Shown one piece after another: positions 8,424-16,174 of a stretch of 36,148 nt of DNA. The translations under genes and the position numbers were made by a program. A model generated the notes under the pieces. That model worked only from the letters and a program-made list of their open reading frames with translations, made no database searches and had not been told where the DNA came from. Each line of letters opens with the position of its first letter. Position 1 is the stretch's first letter. Source of the stretch: a virus (taxonomy: Duplodnaviria; Caudoviricetes); IMG/VR virus record IMGVR_UViG_3300037439_000053, positions 1 through 36,148 of that record; one strand, written 5' to 3'.

Positions 8424-8800
8424 TGCACTACCTCCATCGGTGTGTAAGCGGTCAGTTGGGTGACGAGGTGACCGCGGACCCTGTCGGCCTGTGCCTGCGC
8501 GTCGGCCCGAGTCTCCTGCCATCCCGCCCGCCCGAACCACGCGTTGTCGCGAGTCCATGTGTGCTTGCCGTCACGGCACCCGCACGCCGCCCAGGAATGC
8601 CGCCAGTGCGCGGTATACACCTCACCTTCGACTACGAGCCCATTCATGCGCTCGAGATCTTGTGCGGCGTCGGCGAGCGCGAGTGCTGCCTTCCGCCACA
8701 GCCGACCCATCCGGCGTGCGGTGCCGAGGGTCTCGACGAGGCGGAGGATGTCCGGGAGGTCCGCTTGCAACTCGGGCGCCTCCTCTTCGGCGGCCATCAC
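8420..8800 (-). CDS. Hypothetical protein
   Basis: ORF tiles the operon with GTGA overlaps. Confidence 0.6.
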   Translation of the reverse strand: MMAAEEEAPELQADLPDILRLVETLGTARRMGRLWRKAALALADAAQDLERMNGLVVEGEVYTAHWRHSWAACGCRDGKHTWTRDNAWFGRAGWQETRADAQAQADRVRGHLVTQLTAYTPMEVVQ

Positions 8801-9066
8801 AGGTCACCGATGATCTCATTGACGATGTCGGTGAGGACGTACTTGCCGTGTGCGTGACGGAGGAGCCAGCGGTCGCCAACGTACGGCTCGGCCTGTGCGG
8901 GATCGAGGAGGGACCACGGGCCCGAAGGCTCCCAATGGCCCTCAAAGTCGGTCTCCTCGATGTAGTCGACGCCGGGCCGGACCTCGGTGAGCGTTCCACC
9001 CGCGTTGCTGGTCCCGGCGGTCCGCTGCTCATACGTGGCGCCCTCGGTCACGATGAGGCGGCTCAT
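8797..9066 (-). CDS. Hypothetical protein
   Basis: Coupled ORF starting at a GESR boundary repeat. Confidence 0.6.
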   Translation of the reverse strand: MSRLIVTEGATYEQRTAGTSNAGGTLTEVRPGVDYIEETDFEGHWEPSGPWSLLDPAQAEPYVGDRWLLRHAHGKYVLTDIVNEIIGDL

Positions 9067-9227
9067 CGGGACTCACCCTCTTCTGCGCTATTCGTGATGC
9101 GGGCCAGGTCGATCCACGCCTGAGCCAGCGTGATGCGGGTGTCGATCGGCACGGAGCCGTACTTATGGTTGTAGCCCTTCTCTGCCCACTTGAGCAGAAG
9201 TCGGGCCTCCTCGGCGTCGGTCGTCAT
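9063..9227 (-). CDS. Hypothetical protein (54 aa, not in ORF track)
   Basis: MTTDAEEARLLLKWAEKG...SAEEGESR; fills the gap with coupled start and stop. Confidence 0.6.
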   Translation of the reverse strand: MTTDAEEARLLLKWAEKGYNHKYGSVPIDTRITLAQAWIDLARITNSAEEGESR

Positions 9228-9610
9228 CAGATCCACCCCTCGTCACGCAGGCGGGCCGCAGCGGCGGGGTGTTCAGGCTGGTTGTGCCACCTGCCGGCCG
9301 CACGGTTCAGCGCGGCCTGGAGCCGCGCGTACGGGCCGACGAAGAACCAGGACCAGAACAGCCACACGGCGGTGGGTGACACTACCTTGACATCTCGGGC
9401 GGCGACGTTGATGCGCTTCGCCGTGATGTGCAGTCCGACGATGCCCCACACGGGGACGAGCTGTGAGTACCACTTGAGTGTCGGGGTGTGGGGGAGCTGG
9501 AGGGCGGCGGCGAGTTCGCGGTTCATCTTGTGGAACAGCACGAGGCCGTAGATGCCGAGGGTGAGGCCCACGAGGAGCCAGACAGCGAACGCGTTTCTCT
9601 TGGTGAACAT
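9227..9610 (-). CDS. DUF4234-like membrane protein
   Basis: KRN....WLLVGLTLGIYGLVLFHKMNREL...Q..LN pattern with several hydrophobic segments. Confidence 0.65.
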   Translation of the reverse strand: MFTKRNAFAVWLLVGLTLGIYGLVLFHKMNRELAAALQLPHTPTLKWYSQLVPVWGIVGLHITAKRINVAARDVKVVSPTAVWLFWSWFFVGPYARLQAALNRAAGRWHNQPEHPAAAARLRDEGWI

Positions 9611-9649
9611 GATCGGTTTCCGTTCTGGGGGTGTGTTCGGGATGGGGGG

Positions 9650-9784
9650 TCAGCGGTTGGCGCGGCGTGCGATGCGCGCGGCCTTGTTCCGCTTCCGGCG
9701 GCGGGCGATCACAGCCGCCGGGACGGTGCCCGCGTAGATGTGCTTCGACTGGAGGGCGTGGAGGATGGTGCGCTGGAAGTTCAT
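9650..9784 (-). CDS. Small basic protein (44 aa)
   Basis: MNFQRTILHALQSKHIYAGTV...RRRKRNKAARIARRANR; GAAAGG RBS. Confidence 0.65.
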   Translation of the reverse strand: MNFQRTILHALQSKHIYAGTVPAAVIARRRKRNKAARIARRANR

Positions 9785-9848
9785 GGTGTGGCCTTTCGGG
9801 GTTAAGTGATGCGGTGAAGTGGTGTTCGATTCAGGCAGCGTGTGCGGG

Positions 9849-10226
9849 CTACGTTGTCTGCCCTTCGGTGAACAGGAGGTAAGTCTCCCTGAGGTCGGCA
9901 GACGACAGGCGCCCGTGACACCAGAGTGCAAGTGCCGTGATGACGTTCCGTTCTGGGGTCTGCTCCTCAACGGACAGTTCAGCATCGAACCGTTCGGGGT
10001 CGAGGCCGGCCTGCCTGAACATGTCCCGACCGGTCGGAGGAAGAGTGGCCGAGACGACCGCCTGCACTTCCTCGTGTGAGAAGTGGATCTCCATGCCGGT
10101 CAGGTCTACGGGGGTCCCGATGTATCGCCATCCGTCGCTGTTCGGTGCGCGGTCACTGACGATGTAGCTCTTTCCGGCGACGGTGACACGGTCGCGGAGG
10201 TGGTAGGGGTCCGGAAGGCCGTTCAT
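9849..10226 (-). CDS. Hypothetical protein
   Basis: TGATG-coupled ORF. Confidence 0.6.
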   Translation of the reverse strand: MNGLPDPYHLRDRVTVAGKSYIVSDRAPNSDGWRYIGTPVDLTGMEIHFSHEEVQAVVSATLPPTGRDMFRQAGLDPERFDAELSVEEQTPERNVITALALWCHGRLSSADLRETYLLFTEGQTT

Positions 10227-10525
10227 CAGAGGACCATCCTTGCAGCGTCGAGGCGACGGTTAGGCGTGTTGTTTCGACGCAGCGCCCGCATGTGCGAGGA
10301 CCACAGCGCGCGGTAGACCTTGGCGTGTTCGCGCGCCCAGATCAGGGCGAGGTCGTCACCCTTCGAGTCGGCGAGGTGGACAGCGGCAAGGTGCGCTACG
10401 TCCATGGCCGCGGCACGCAGGATCTCGGGTGCGCCGTTGTGGGATCGGCGGTCGCGGATCATCCACATTGCCGCGGACCTCCGCGCGTTGCGTCGCGCGT
10501 ACTCCTCGTCCTCTTGGCGGCTCAT
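10226..10525 (-). CDS. Hypothetical protein
   Basis: Coupled ORF with GAGGGG RBS. Confidence 0.6.
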   Translation of the reverse strand: MSRQEDEEYARRNARRSAAMWMIRDRRSHNGAPEILRAAAMDVAHLAAVHLADSKGDDLALIWAREHAKVYRALWSSHMRALRRNNTPNRRLDAARMVL

Positions 10526-11007
10526 CGTGCGTCCCCCTCGGTGAGTGCCTTCAGGTCGCGCTCGACCTGGTCGGCGAACCCGTCGACAGCGAGGGCCTCT
10601 TCGCGGACCTGGTCGTAGATCGGGGACTCGGGGAGCTGCTCCCGTGACGGTGTGCCGCCCATGGCTGCGAGGCGCTTCGGTAGCGCCGGCACCTCACCTT
10701 GCCCGGTGTACGGCTCGAAGTCCTCAGCGCGGGTGTGGGCGTCCGGGGTGATCTCCGAGGAGTTGAACAGCATGGGCCGTGTCGTCCCGTCAAAGATGAC
10801 GGATACGGCCCACGGACCGTAGGGGTCCTCAGGGTCGGTGATGTAGTCGACTGATGCGACGACGCCTACGCCGTGGATAGAGAACCCGCCATCGACGGCG
10901 GGTGCCTGGACGGCAACCCGGTCCTCGACGGTGAACGGTGGGGGTGATGCGGGTTCCTGCGGGTCGTTCGCCAGGTGGCGCCGGGCCCAATCGTTGAAGT
11001 TCGACAT
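10522..11007 (-). CDS. Hypothetical protein with SH3-like N-terminal region
   Basis: ATG 11007; FTVEDRVAV...GVVASVD...VSVIFDG pattern. Confidence 0.6.
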   Translation of the reverse strand: MSNFNDWARRHLANDPQEPASPPPFTVEDRVAVQAPAVDGGFSIHGVGVVASVDYITDPEDPYGPWAVSVIFDGTTRPMLFNSSEITPDAHTRAEDFEPYTGQGEVPALPKRLAAMGGTPSREQLPESPIYDQVREEALAVDGFADQVERDLKALTEGDAR

Positions 11008-11029
11008 TGGACTATCCTGTTCTCCGTAG

Positions 11030-11069
11030 GGCCCGCGCACCTGGCTTGGTCGGTTCGGTGCGACGGGCC
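11030..11069 (-). promoter_or_regulatory. Intergenic stem-loop in a leader region
   Basis: GGCCCG-T-CGCACC ... GGTGCG-CGGGCC pairing around a C/A-rich loop. Confidence 0.4.
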
Positions 11070-11158
11070 TTGCTGTTTTGCTGGTGCGGCACGTGGTCGC
11101 GATGGTCGTCCGGTCGGGTTAGGCGGGCCGTTCGGCAAGCCGCCATCCCTCGGTTCGA

Positions 11159-11410
11159 TCAGTCGTCTTCGTTGTCTGCGTGGGTCAGGTCGGCAACCCG
11201 CACGTCGAGCACTTCAGCGAGGAGCACGAGCTCCGCAACCGTGTACTCGGTCTCGCCGAGCCAACGTGCCTCCATGGTGCGCCTGTCGGTGTACCCAAGG
11301 ACGCGGCGGAGGTCTGCCTTCGTCGAAGGGATGCGGGCCTTCTTCTCGGCGAGCTCCTCGACGCGGGCGCGGATGCGGCGTGCGGTGCGGTCGCGCTGTT
11401 CCTGATCCAT
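11159..11410 (-). CDS. XRE/Cro-like HTH DNA-binding protein
   Basis: TKADLRRVLGY.....EARWLGETEYTVAELVLLAEVLDVRVADL resembles the XRE HTH; leaderless ATG 11410. Confidence 0.75.
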   Translation of the reverse strand: MDQEQRDRTARRIRARVEELAEKKARIPSTKADLRRVLGYTDRRTMEARWLGETEYTVAELVLLAEVLDVRVADLTHADNEDD

Positions 11411-11417
11411 ACCGAGG

Positions 11418-11446
11418 ACAGTACACCCCGGATGTGTGACGTGCAA
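11418..11446 (-). promoter_or_regulatory. SigA-type promoter giving a leaderless HTH transcript
   Basis: TTGCAC-N17-TACTGT-N7-ATG; repeated ACATCCG and CACGTC elements overlap it. Confidence 0.7.
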
Positions 11447-11460
11447 GACGTGATCGGATG

Positions 11461-12258
11461 TCATGTGAGCATCTCCGCAATCCGGTCCAGCTCGTCATCC
11501 CCGACAACGGCGTAATGCATTACGGTCTCCATCGACTCCCACCCGAACATGACCCGGACGGCTGCGGGGTTCGCGCCCTTCGACAGCGCGATCGAGGCGC
11601 CCCGCTTGCGGAAGTCGTGGAACGTGTGGTGGATCCCGTGCCGCTCCATCAGGCGGTTCACCTTCCGCTGTAGGGTGCCCGCGGAGTACGGCGTCTCGCC
11701 CGCCATAACGACGTTGCCGCCCGTCTCCGGCAGGAGATAGTCCAGGAGCACCGGGGACAGCGGCACGGGCCGTGTCTTCCCACCCTTGCCCGTGACGAAC
11801 ATGCGCCGGGCCTCCTGGTCCACGTTCGCCCAGTCGAGCGACGCACACTCGGACACGCGCAGGCCGGCGTACCCACCGAGCGCGAACACCCGGCGGAGGT
11901 CCGGCTGATCGTCCGTGAGTTCCCCGAGGAGCCGTTCGAAGTCGGTGCGTCCGACCATCCTCGGGACGTTCACGGCGACCTTCGGCGGGTCGAGGCGTCG
12001 GGTCGGGTCGTCGGGTCGGAGGTCAAACTTCGTGGCGTAGCGGTAAAAGCTCCGGAGGCAGGCGAGCTCGTTCGCCCGGGTCGCCGGCGCGGCTTCGTAC
12101 CGTGAGGCCCACCACTTCTCGACCTGCTCCATGGTGATGGTGAGCGGGTCGCCGTACGTGGTGACGGCGCGGAGTACGGCACGGTAGCGGGCGAGGGTGT
12201 TCTCGGGGCGGTTGCGGTCGTCGCGCGCCCACGCGAGGAAGTCGTCTACCGCCGTCAT
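11461..12258 (-). CDS. Tyrosine recombinase (XerC/D-like, no arm-binding domain)
   Basis: SAM-like N-terminus (NT...Y...L; LRSFY), GLRVSE, GKGGK, HDFR, FGW, terminal HY; 265 aa from ATG 12258. Confidence 0.9.
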   Translation of the reverse strand: MTAVDDFLAWARDDRNRPENTLARYRAVLRAVTTYGDPLTITMEQVEKWWASRYEAAPATRANELACLRSFYRYATKFDLRPDDPTRRLDPPKVAVNVPRMVGRTDFERLLGELTDDQPDLRRVFALGGYAGLRVSECASLDWANVDQEARRMFVTGKGGKTRPVPLSPVLLDYLLPETGGNVVMAGETPYSAGTLQRKVNRLMERHGIHHTFHDFRKRGASIALSKGANPAAVRVMFGWESMETVMHYAVVGDDELDRIAEMLT

Positions 12259-13424
12259 GAGTCCAGCTCCCGGGAACGGAACACGCGGAGGTTGATGAGC
12301 GGCAGGTACTCTGCCTCGCGTTCGATCGCGATGCACCGGAACCCTTCGAGGAGGCATGCCTCGACGGTCGCACCCGAACCGGCGAACGGTTCGAGCACGA
12401 CACCGCCGGGCGGGGTGACGAGGCGCACGAGCCACCGCATGAGCTCCAGCGGCTTCACGGTCGCGTGCGCGACGCCGTCGACGACGGGACGTTCACGCTT
12501 CGGGGCCTTCGCCTGGTAGCGGAACGTCGGGAAGAACCTCGACGCGCCGCCCTGGTCGTTGTACTCCGCACCCGTGGCAGTCATGCCCCATCCGTCTCCG
12601 GCCGCGGCGCCGCGCGGCTTCCCGACGCGCGACGTGGAGGTGCCGCTCTGCTCGTCGAGCTCGGCGGCCTGCGACTCGTCGAGGACGACGTTCGCTGGCC
12701 AACGACCGGCACTTGACGTAGCACCCGATCCTGATGACCCGCCCTTGAACCGCCACGCAGCTTCATCAGCTCTACGCTCGCCGCGCGGTGTCCCTACCTC
12801 ATCGGACGCTACCCGGCTTGCGTCGATGTTCAGTGCCCCGGTGCCGTGCGCGAGCACGTTGGCCGCGACAGTGCCCGCGAGCGGCTTGCGGCCGATGACG
12901 ATCGGCTCGAACGCGGGTTTGAGCGCGGTGCCCCAGCCCTGCCAGCGCTCGGCTTCCGGGGTCGCAGCCTCCCAGTCGTGGCGCTGCGTCTCGCCCCAGT
13001 TGGACCGGCTCCCGGTGTTGTGCTGCGGGTTCCACTTTCCGGCGTTCGGTGATTCCGGCGCGGCCCCAGCGGCCTTGTCTATCGCTTTGGACACGTCGAG
13101 GGACTTCGGGAACCCAGACCCGTACAGCCATGCGATCGAGTCGCGGATCTCGAACCCGGCGTCCTCGACCGCGACCGCGAGACGGTGCCAGGTGCGCGAC
13201 CCGCCGAACGCGAGCAGGTGCCCGCCGGGCTTGAGCACCCGCAGACACTCCTCCGCCCACTCGACCCCGGGCGGCAGGTCGTCCCACGCCTTGCCCATGA
13301 ACCCGAGCCCATACGGCGGATCGGTGATGATCGCGTCGACGGACGCGTCGGAGAGCTGGCGCAGGATGTCGAGGCAGTCGCCGTGGTGCAGAGTGATGGT
13401 GTCGTCGGTGTAGTACGGGTTCAT
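12255..13424 (-). CDS. DNA methyltransferase (N6-adenine/N4-cytosine, beta-class motif order)
   Basis: GDCL, TDPPY (motif IV) preceding HATVKP and EPFAGSG (motif I); ATG 13424. Confidence 0.93.
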   Translation of the reverse strand: MNPYYTDDTITLHHGDCLDILRQLSDASVDAIITDPPYGLGFMGKAWDDLPPGVEWAEECLRVLKPGGHLLAFGGSRTWHRLAVAVEDAGFEIRDSIAWLYGSGFPKSLDVSKAIDKAAGAAPESPNAGKWNPQHNTGSRSNWGETQRHDWEAATPEAERWQGWGTALKPAFEPIVIGRKPLAGTVAANVLAHGTGALNIDASRVASDEVGTPRGERRADEAAWRFKGGSSGSGATSSAGRWPANVVLDESQAAELDEQSGTSTSRVGKPRGAAAGDGWGMTATGAEYNDQGGASRFFPTFRYQAKAPKRERPVVDGVAHATVKPLELMRWLVRLVTPPGGVVLEPFAGSGATVEACLLEGFRCIAIEREAEYLPLINLRVFRSRELDS

Positions 13425-13579
13425 GACTCGCGCCTCTCTGCGGCTTCTCGTTGTTCCCGGGCCCACTTCACGCGCCGGTTGATCTCCCGCTGTTCCTGCC
13501 CGCCGAGCTCGCGGTTCATCTCGAACTCGATGGACTCGTCGTCGGGGTGCGGGCCGCCTAGTCCGTGCTGCACGGTCAT
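13421..13579 (-). CDS. Hypothetical protein (52 aa, not in ORF track)
   Basis: MTVQHGLGGPHPDDES...AERRES; ATGA overlaps at both ends; GGAGG RBS. Confidence 0.55.
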   Translation of the reverse strand: MTVQHGLGGPHPDDESIEFEMNRELGGQEQREINRRVKWAREQREAAERRES

Positions 13580-13752
13580 GACGCCCTCCGGATGGATTCA
13601 GCCTTGTGGGTTGTCGTCGTGCCGCTCGGCCACTGGACGGTGACGGTGTGCCCGTAGTTGAGCACAGCGAGCACCTTCCCGGGTGCGCCTGGTGTGGTAC
13701 TAACAGCGAGGACGATGGGCTCACCGACCTCGAACGTGTGGGCGCGCGTCAC
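13576..13752 (-). CDS. Small SH3-like hypothetical protein
   Basis: FEVGEPIV...GKVLAV...VTVQW; GTG 13752. Confidence 0.6.
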   Translation of the reverse strand: MTRAHTFEVGEPIVLAVSTTPGAPGKVLAVLNYGHTVTVQWPSGTTTTHKAESIRRAS

Positions 13753-14066
13753 GAGTCCCCCAGGAGTGCGGCACGGACAGCTTCGGCGAACGGGCGCGCG
13801 AGGCGCCGGAAGTGCTGGCGCTCGAACGTGCGGGCTACGCCCCGCGGCACCTCGCTCTCCTCGTCGTCCCACTCGGGCATCTCGCCGCGGACGACGAGGG
13901 GCAGCATGTTCCACTGCGTGCGTGCGAGGGTCTCCGTGATCTCGTCCACGTCGAGCGCGGCGGCGAGACCGTTGCGCACGTCATCGGTAATGAGTCCCGT
14001 CGTATCGGCCTCGTGGATCAAGAGATCAGCGGCGCGCTCGACGGCGGGCGTGGTGTCGCCGCTCAT
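13749..14066 (-). CDS. Hypothetical protein, tandem paralog 3
   Basis: TTPAVERAA...AALDVDE...LAR...AVRAALLG. Confidence 0.7.
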   Translation of the reverse strand: MSGDTTPAVERAADLLIHEADTTGLITDDVRNGLAAALDVDEITETLARTQWNMLPLVVRGEMPEWDDEESEVPRGVARTFERQHFRRLARPFAEAVRAALLGDS

Positions 14067-14320
14067 CGGACACCGCCGAGGATCGCGGCACGGACGGCGA
14101 CGGCCTTCTCAGTTGCGGCCTGCTGTGCCCGTGCGTAGCGGCTCGGGTTGCTGCCGCGCGTGATCGGCCCGAAGGCGGCTGGGTCGATAGCCCGAGCCAT
14201 CTCCTCGACGCTGAGCGCGTTGTCCAAGATGTCGTAGGCGACGACGTCCGGGTCGCCCGTGACGCAGACGATGTCCCGGTGCTCGATGAGCACGTCCGTG
14301 ACCCGCTCGATGGCGCTCAT
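14063..14320 (-). CDS. Hypothetical protein, tandem paralog 2
   Basis: AIER...ALSVEEMAR...AVRAAILG. Confidence 0.7.
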   Translation of the reverse strand: MSAIERVTDVLIEHRDIVCVTGDPDVVAYDILDNALSVEEMARAIDPAAFGPITRGSNPSRYARAQQAATEKAVAVRAAILGGVR

Positions 14321-14712
14321 GATCCGCTCCCGGTGAGCATCATGCGGAGCCCGTCAGCGACCGCGCGCCAGTGGACGCGGGTCTCCTCGAAGTAGGCATC
14401 CTTGCGCTCCCACATCGTCAGCGACTCAGGGACGGACCATCCCGAGGCGCCCGCGTTGAGCACGAACAGCGTTCGGGCGAGCGAGTCGGGGTCGTCGGGG
14501 TCGGACAGCGCGGCGGTGAGAGCGACCGATGCATCGCGCATGGCCCACTGCTTCATCCGCTCGATGCTCTCGTCGGCCTGCTCTGGCGTTGGCGGCGGGG
14601 TGTTCACGTAGTGCCCCGCGTCCATGAGGTCGATCTTGGCCCGACCATCCCAGACGCTCGGGTGCCTCGCCTGCGCCGCCCGCTCGATGGCGGGCGTGGT
14701 CTCGGCGGTCAT
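14317..14712 (-). CDS. Hypothetical protein, tandem paralog 1
   Basis: TTPAIERAA...AALSD...LAR...GLRMMLTG. Confidence 0.7.
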   Translation of the reverse strand: MTAETTPAIERAAQARHPSVWDGRAKIDLMDAGHYVNTPPPTPEQADESIERMKQWAMRDASVALTAALSDPDDPDSLARTLFVLNAGASGWSVPESLTMWERKDAYFEETRVHWRAVADGLRMMLTGSGS

Positions 14713-15224
14713 CGGGACTCACCCCGCAGGAGGGCGAACAGGCTGTCCAGGAACGTCACGGAGTAGCCCATGCCGAACTGGGCCAGGAGGCTTCCGACCT
14801 GCTCCCGCGTCGGCAGCGGGCGGGGCTCGTCCGGCACGAAGTCGGAGTAGGCATCGCCGTTCACCTGCATGTACCCGCCGTCCGCGATGGGGAAGACGAA
14901 CGCGGCGGCTGCAGCGTCGCCTACGAATGATGTCCGGAACCCGTGAACGGGCTGCCCGTCTACGAGCGCATGTCCGAACTGGGCAGGAGTGCGCTCGGGC
15001 TTGGGCGCGGGCTGGTGGGCGGTGAGGGTCCAGCCCGTGTGTGTCAGATACTGATAGGAGGTCTCCTCTAGGATGATGGAGAACCCGCCCTCTGGCGGCG
15101 TTACCGAGTCGAGGCGCACGACGATGTCTGTCACGACCTGCTTACCTCGGGTCAGCGTCACGGTGTCGCCCGCCTTGACCTTCGACGGGTCGAGCGGGGC
15201 GGGTGTGGTGCGCTCGGCGGTCAT
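14709..15224 (-). CDS. Modular hypothetical protein, paralog B of 7699-8268
   Basis: Four conserved boxes shared with paralog A; ATG 15224. Confidence 0.8.
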   Translation of the reverse strand: MTAERTTPAPLDPSKVKAGDTVTLTRGKQVVTDIVVRLDSVTPPEGGFSIILEETSYQYLTHTGWTLTAHQPAPKPERTPAQFGHALVDGQPVHGFRTSFVGDAAAAAFVFPIADGGYMQVNGDAYSDFVPDEPRPLPTREQVGSLLAQFGMGYSVTFLDSLFALLRGESR

Positions 15225-15445
15225 GAGACGTACGGGTTCGTCAGCGGGGCGGCGCCGGGGATGGTGGCCAGTGCGACGGCCTCGGCCCCCTCCTGCCAGA
15301 CGACCGCGAGGACGTGCCGTGCGTGCTCCTCCTCGCGGTCGTCCCACACGAAGAATCGACCGCACTCGCACTTCGCGGAATGGTAGTTGGGCCCGGAATA
15401 GCTGGTGAAGAGATGCCCGGGCTTGATGCCGCTCGTCGTTGTCAT
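15221..15445 (-). CDS. Hypothetical protein, possibly Zn-binding
   Basis: H...CECG...H..H; ATG 15445 with AGGAG RBS. Confidence 0.65.
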   Translation of the reverse strand: MTTTSGIKPGHLFTSYSGPNYHSAKCECGRFFVWDDREEEHARHVLAVVWQEGAEAVALATIPGAAPLTNPYVS

Positions 15446-15479
15446 GGTGCTCCTGGGGGTTGCGATGGGTGGTTCGGTC

Positions 15480-15494
15480 GGGTCCAGCGTACCA
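15480..15494 (-). promoter_or_regulatory. Extended -10 promoter for the accessory operon
   Basis: TGG-TACGCT; 13/14 identical to the plus-strand element at 16033-16046. Confidence 0.5.
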
Positions 15495-15535
15495 GGCCTT
15501 TCCCTATAATGAGAGTTATGGGACACGCCCGAGGG

Positions 15536-15727
15536 TCAGTCCTCCTCGGGGTACATGACGTGCAGGTCGTCGCAGCCGCATTCCTCGCAGCCGCAGCGGC
15601 ACGGGCCGTTCGCGCCCATGTCGCAGACGCACTCGCACCAGGGGCACGTGTCGGCGTCGGTCTGGGGGGTGTACTTGGTGCCCTCATTCGCGAAGCGACT
15701 GCGGGCGCTTGGTGTAGGGATGGCCAT
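15536..15727 (-). CDS. Cys-rich small protein (metallothionein-like)
   Basis: CPWCECVCDMGANGPCRCGCEECGC: 9 Cys in 25 residues; GGAGG RBS. Confidence 0.6.
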   Translation of the reverse strand: MAIPTPSARSRFANEGTKYTPQTDADTCPWCECVCDMGANGPCRCGCEECGCDDLHVMYPEED

Positions 15728-15750
15728 CGAGGGTTCCTCCATCTTTGGTG

Positions 15751-15780
15751 TGAAAGCCTCCGCCCGATGGGACGGAGGCT
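15751..15780 (-). terminator. Intrinsic terminator
   Basis: AGCCTCCGTCC...GGGCGGAGGCT stem followed by TTCAC on the minus strand, just after the 15789 stop. Confidence 0.65.
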
Positions 15781-15788
15781 ACGGTCGG

Positions 15789-15956
15789 TCAGCGCTCGGC
15801 GACCGTGAAGAAGTCGTTTCCAACGTGCACGGTCGTGCCGTACGTAGACTCTCGCAGGACCGAGGCGTAGGCGTGGCGGGTCGGGCCGACCAGCGTCCAG
15901 ACGACGCCGTCCGTGTTGAACGGGAAGCCCTCGGTGGGGGTGACAGTGAGCTCCAT
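15789..15956 (-). CDS. Hypothetical protein (55 aa, not in ORF track)
   Basis: MELTVTPTEGFPFNTDGVVWTLVG...FFTVAER; GGAAGGG RBS; own terminator. Confidence 0.6.
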   Translation of the reverse strand: MELTVTPTEGFPFNTDGVVWTLVGPTRHAYASVLRESTYGTTVHVGNDFFTVAER

Positions 15957-16032
15957 GGTGCCCTTCCCGATACCGGACCATCCGGTACCTCATGTCTCCG
16001 ACACTACACCCCACGCGTGTACCCGCACAAGC

Positions 16033-16046
16033 GGTACGGTGGACCC
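16033..16046 (+). promoter_or_regulatory. -10 element for a leaderless plus-strand transcript
   Basis: TACGGT 6 nt upstream of ATG 16047 (TANNNT, leaderless spacing). Confidence 0.5.
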
Positions 16047-16130
16047 ATGACTATCAGTCTGTTCCTCGCCATCCTCCGCGACATCGTGATCATCGTCGCC
16101 GGCGTCCTCTGGATCCTCGGCGTCCTGTAA
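16047..16130 (+). CDS. Small hydrophobic peptide (27 aa); type I toxin-like or exclusion protein
   Basis: MTISLFLAILRDIVIIVAGVLWILGVL; strongly GC3-biased codons; upstream -10; downstream hairpin. Confidence 0.65.
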   Translation: MTISLFLAILRDIVIIVAGVLWILGVL

Positions 16131-16134
16131 CAGC

Positions 16135-16172
16135 GGATCGGCCGCCCACCCCGTCGGGTAAGCGGCCGATCC
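16135..16172. terminator. Hairpin between convergent units
   Basis: 11-bp perfect stem GGATCGGCCGC/GCGGCCGATCC, extending to ~17 bp with G-U pairs on the minus strand. Confidence 0.6.
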
Positions 16173-16174
16173 TA

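Noticed and set aside
12255-13724. Long N-terminal extensions in the ORF track (MTase, recombinase, WhiB, initiator, HNH, portal)
   Set aside because: They overlap other coupled genes; downstream starts with RBS or ATGA coupling fit better
7699-15224. Diversity-generating retroelement TR/VR pair
   Set aside because: No reverse transcriptase in the window, and the differences are whole-segment replacements rather than adenine-specific substitutions
15505-15510. Perfect TATAAT on the plus strand
   Set aside because: No matching -35 and no credible plus-strand gene downstream; an antisense promoter cannot be supported from sequence alone
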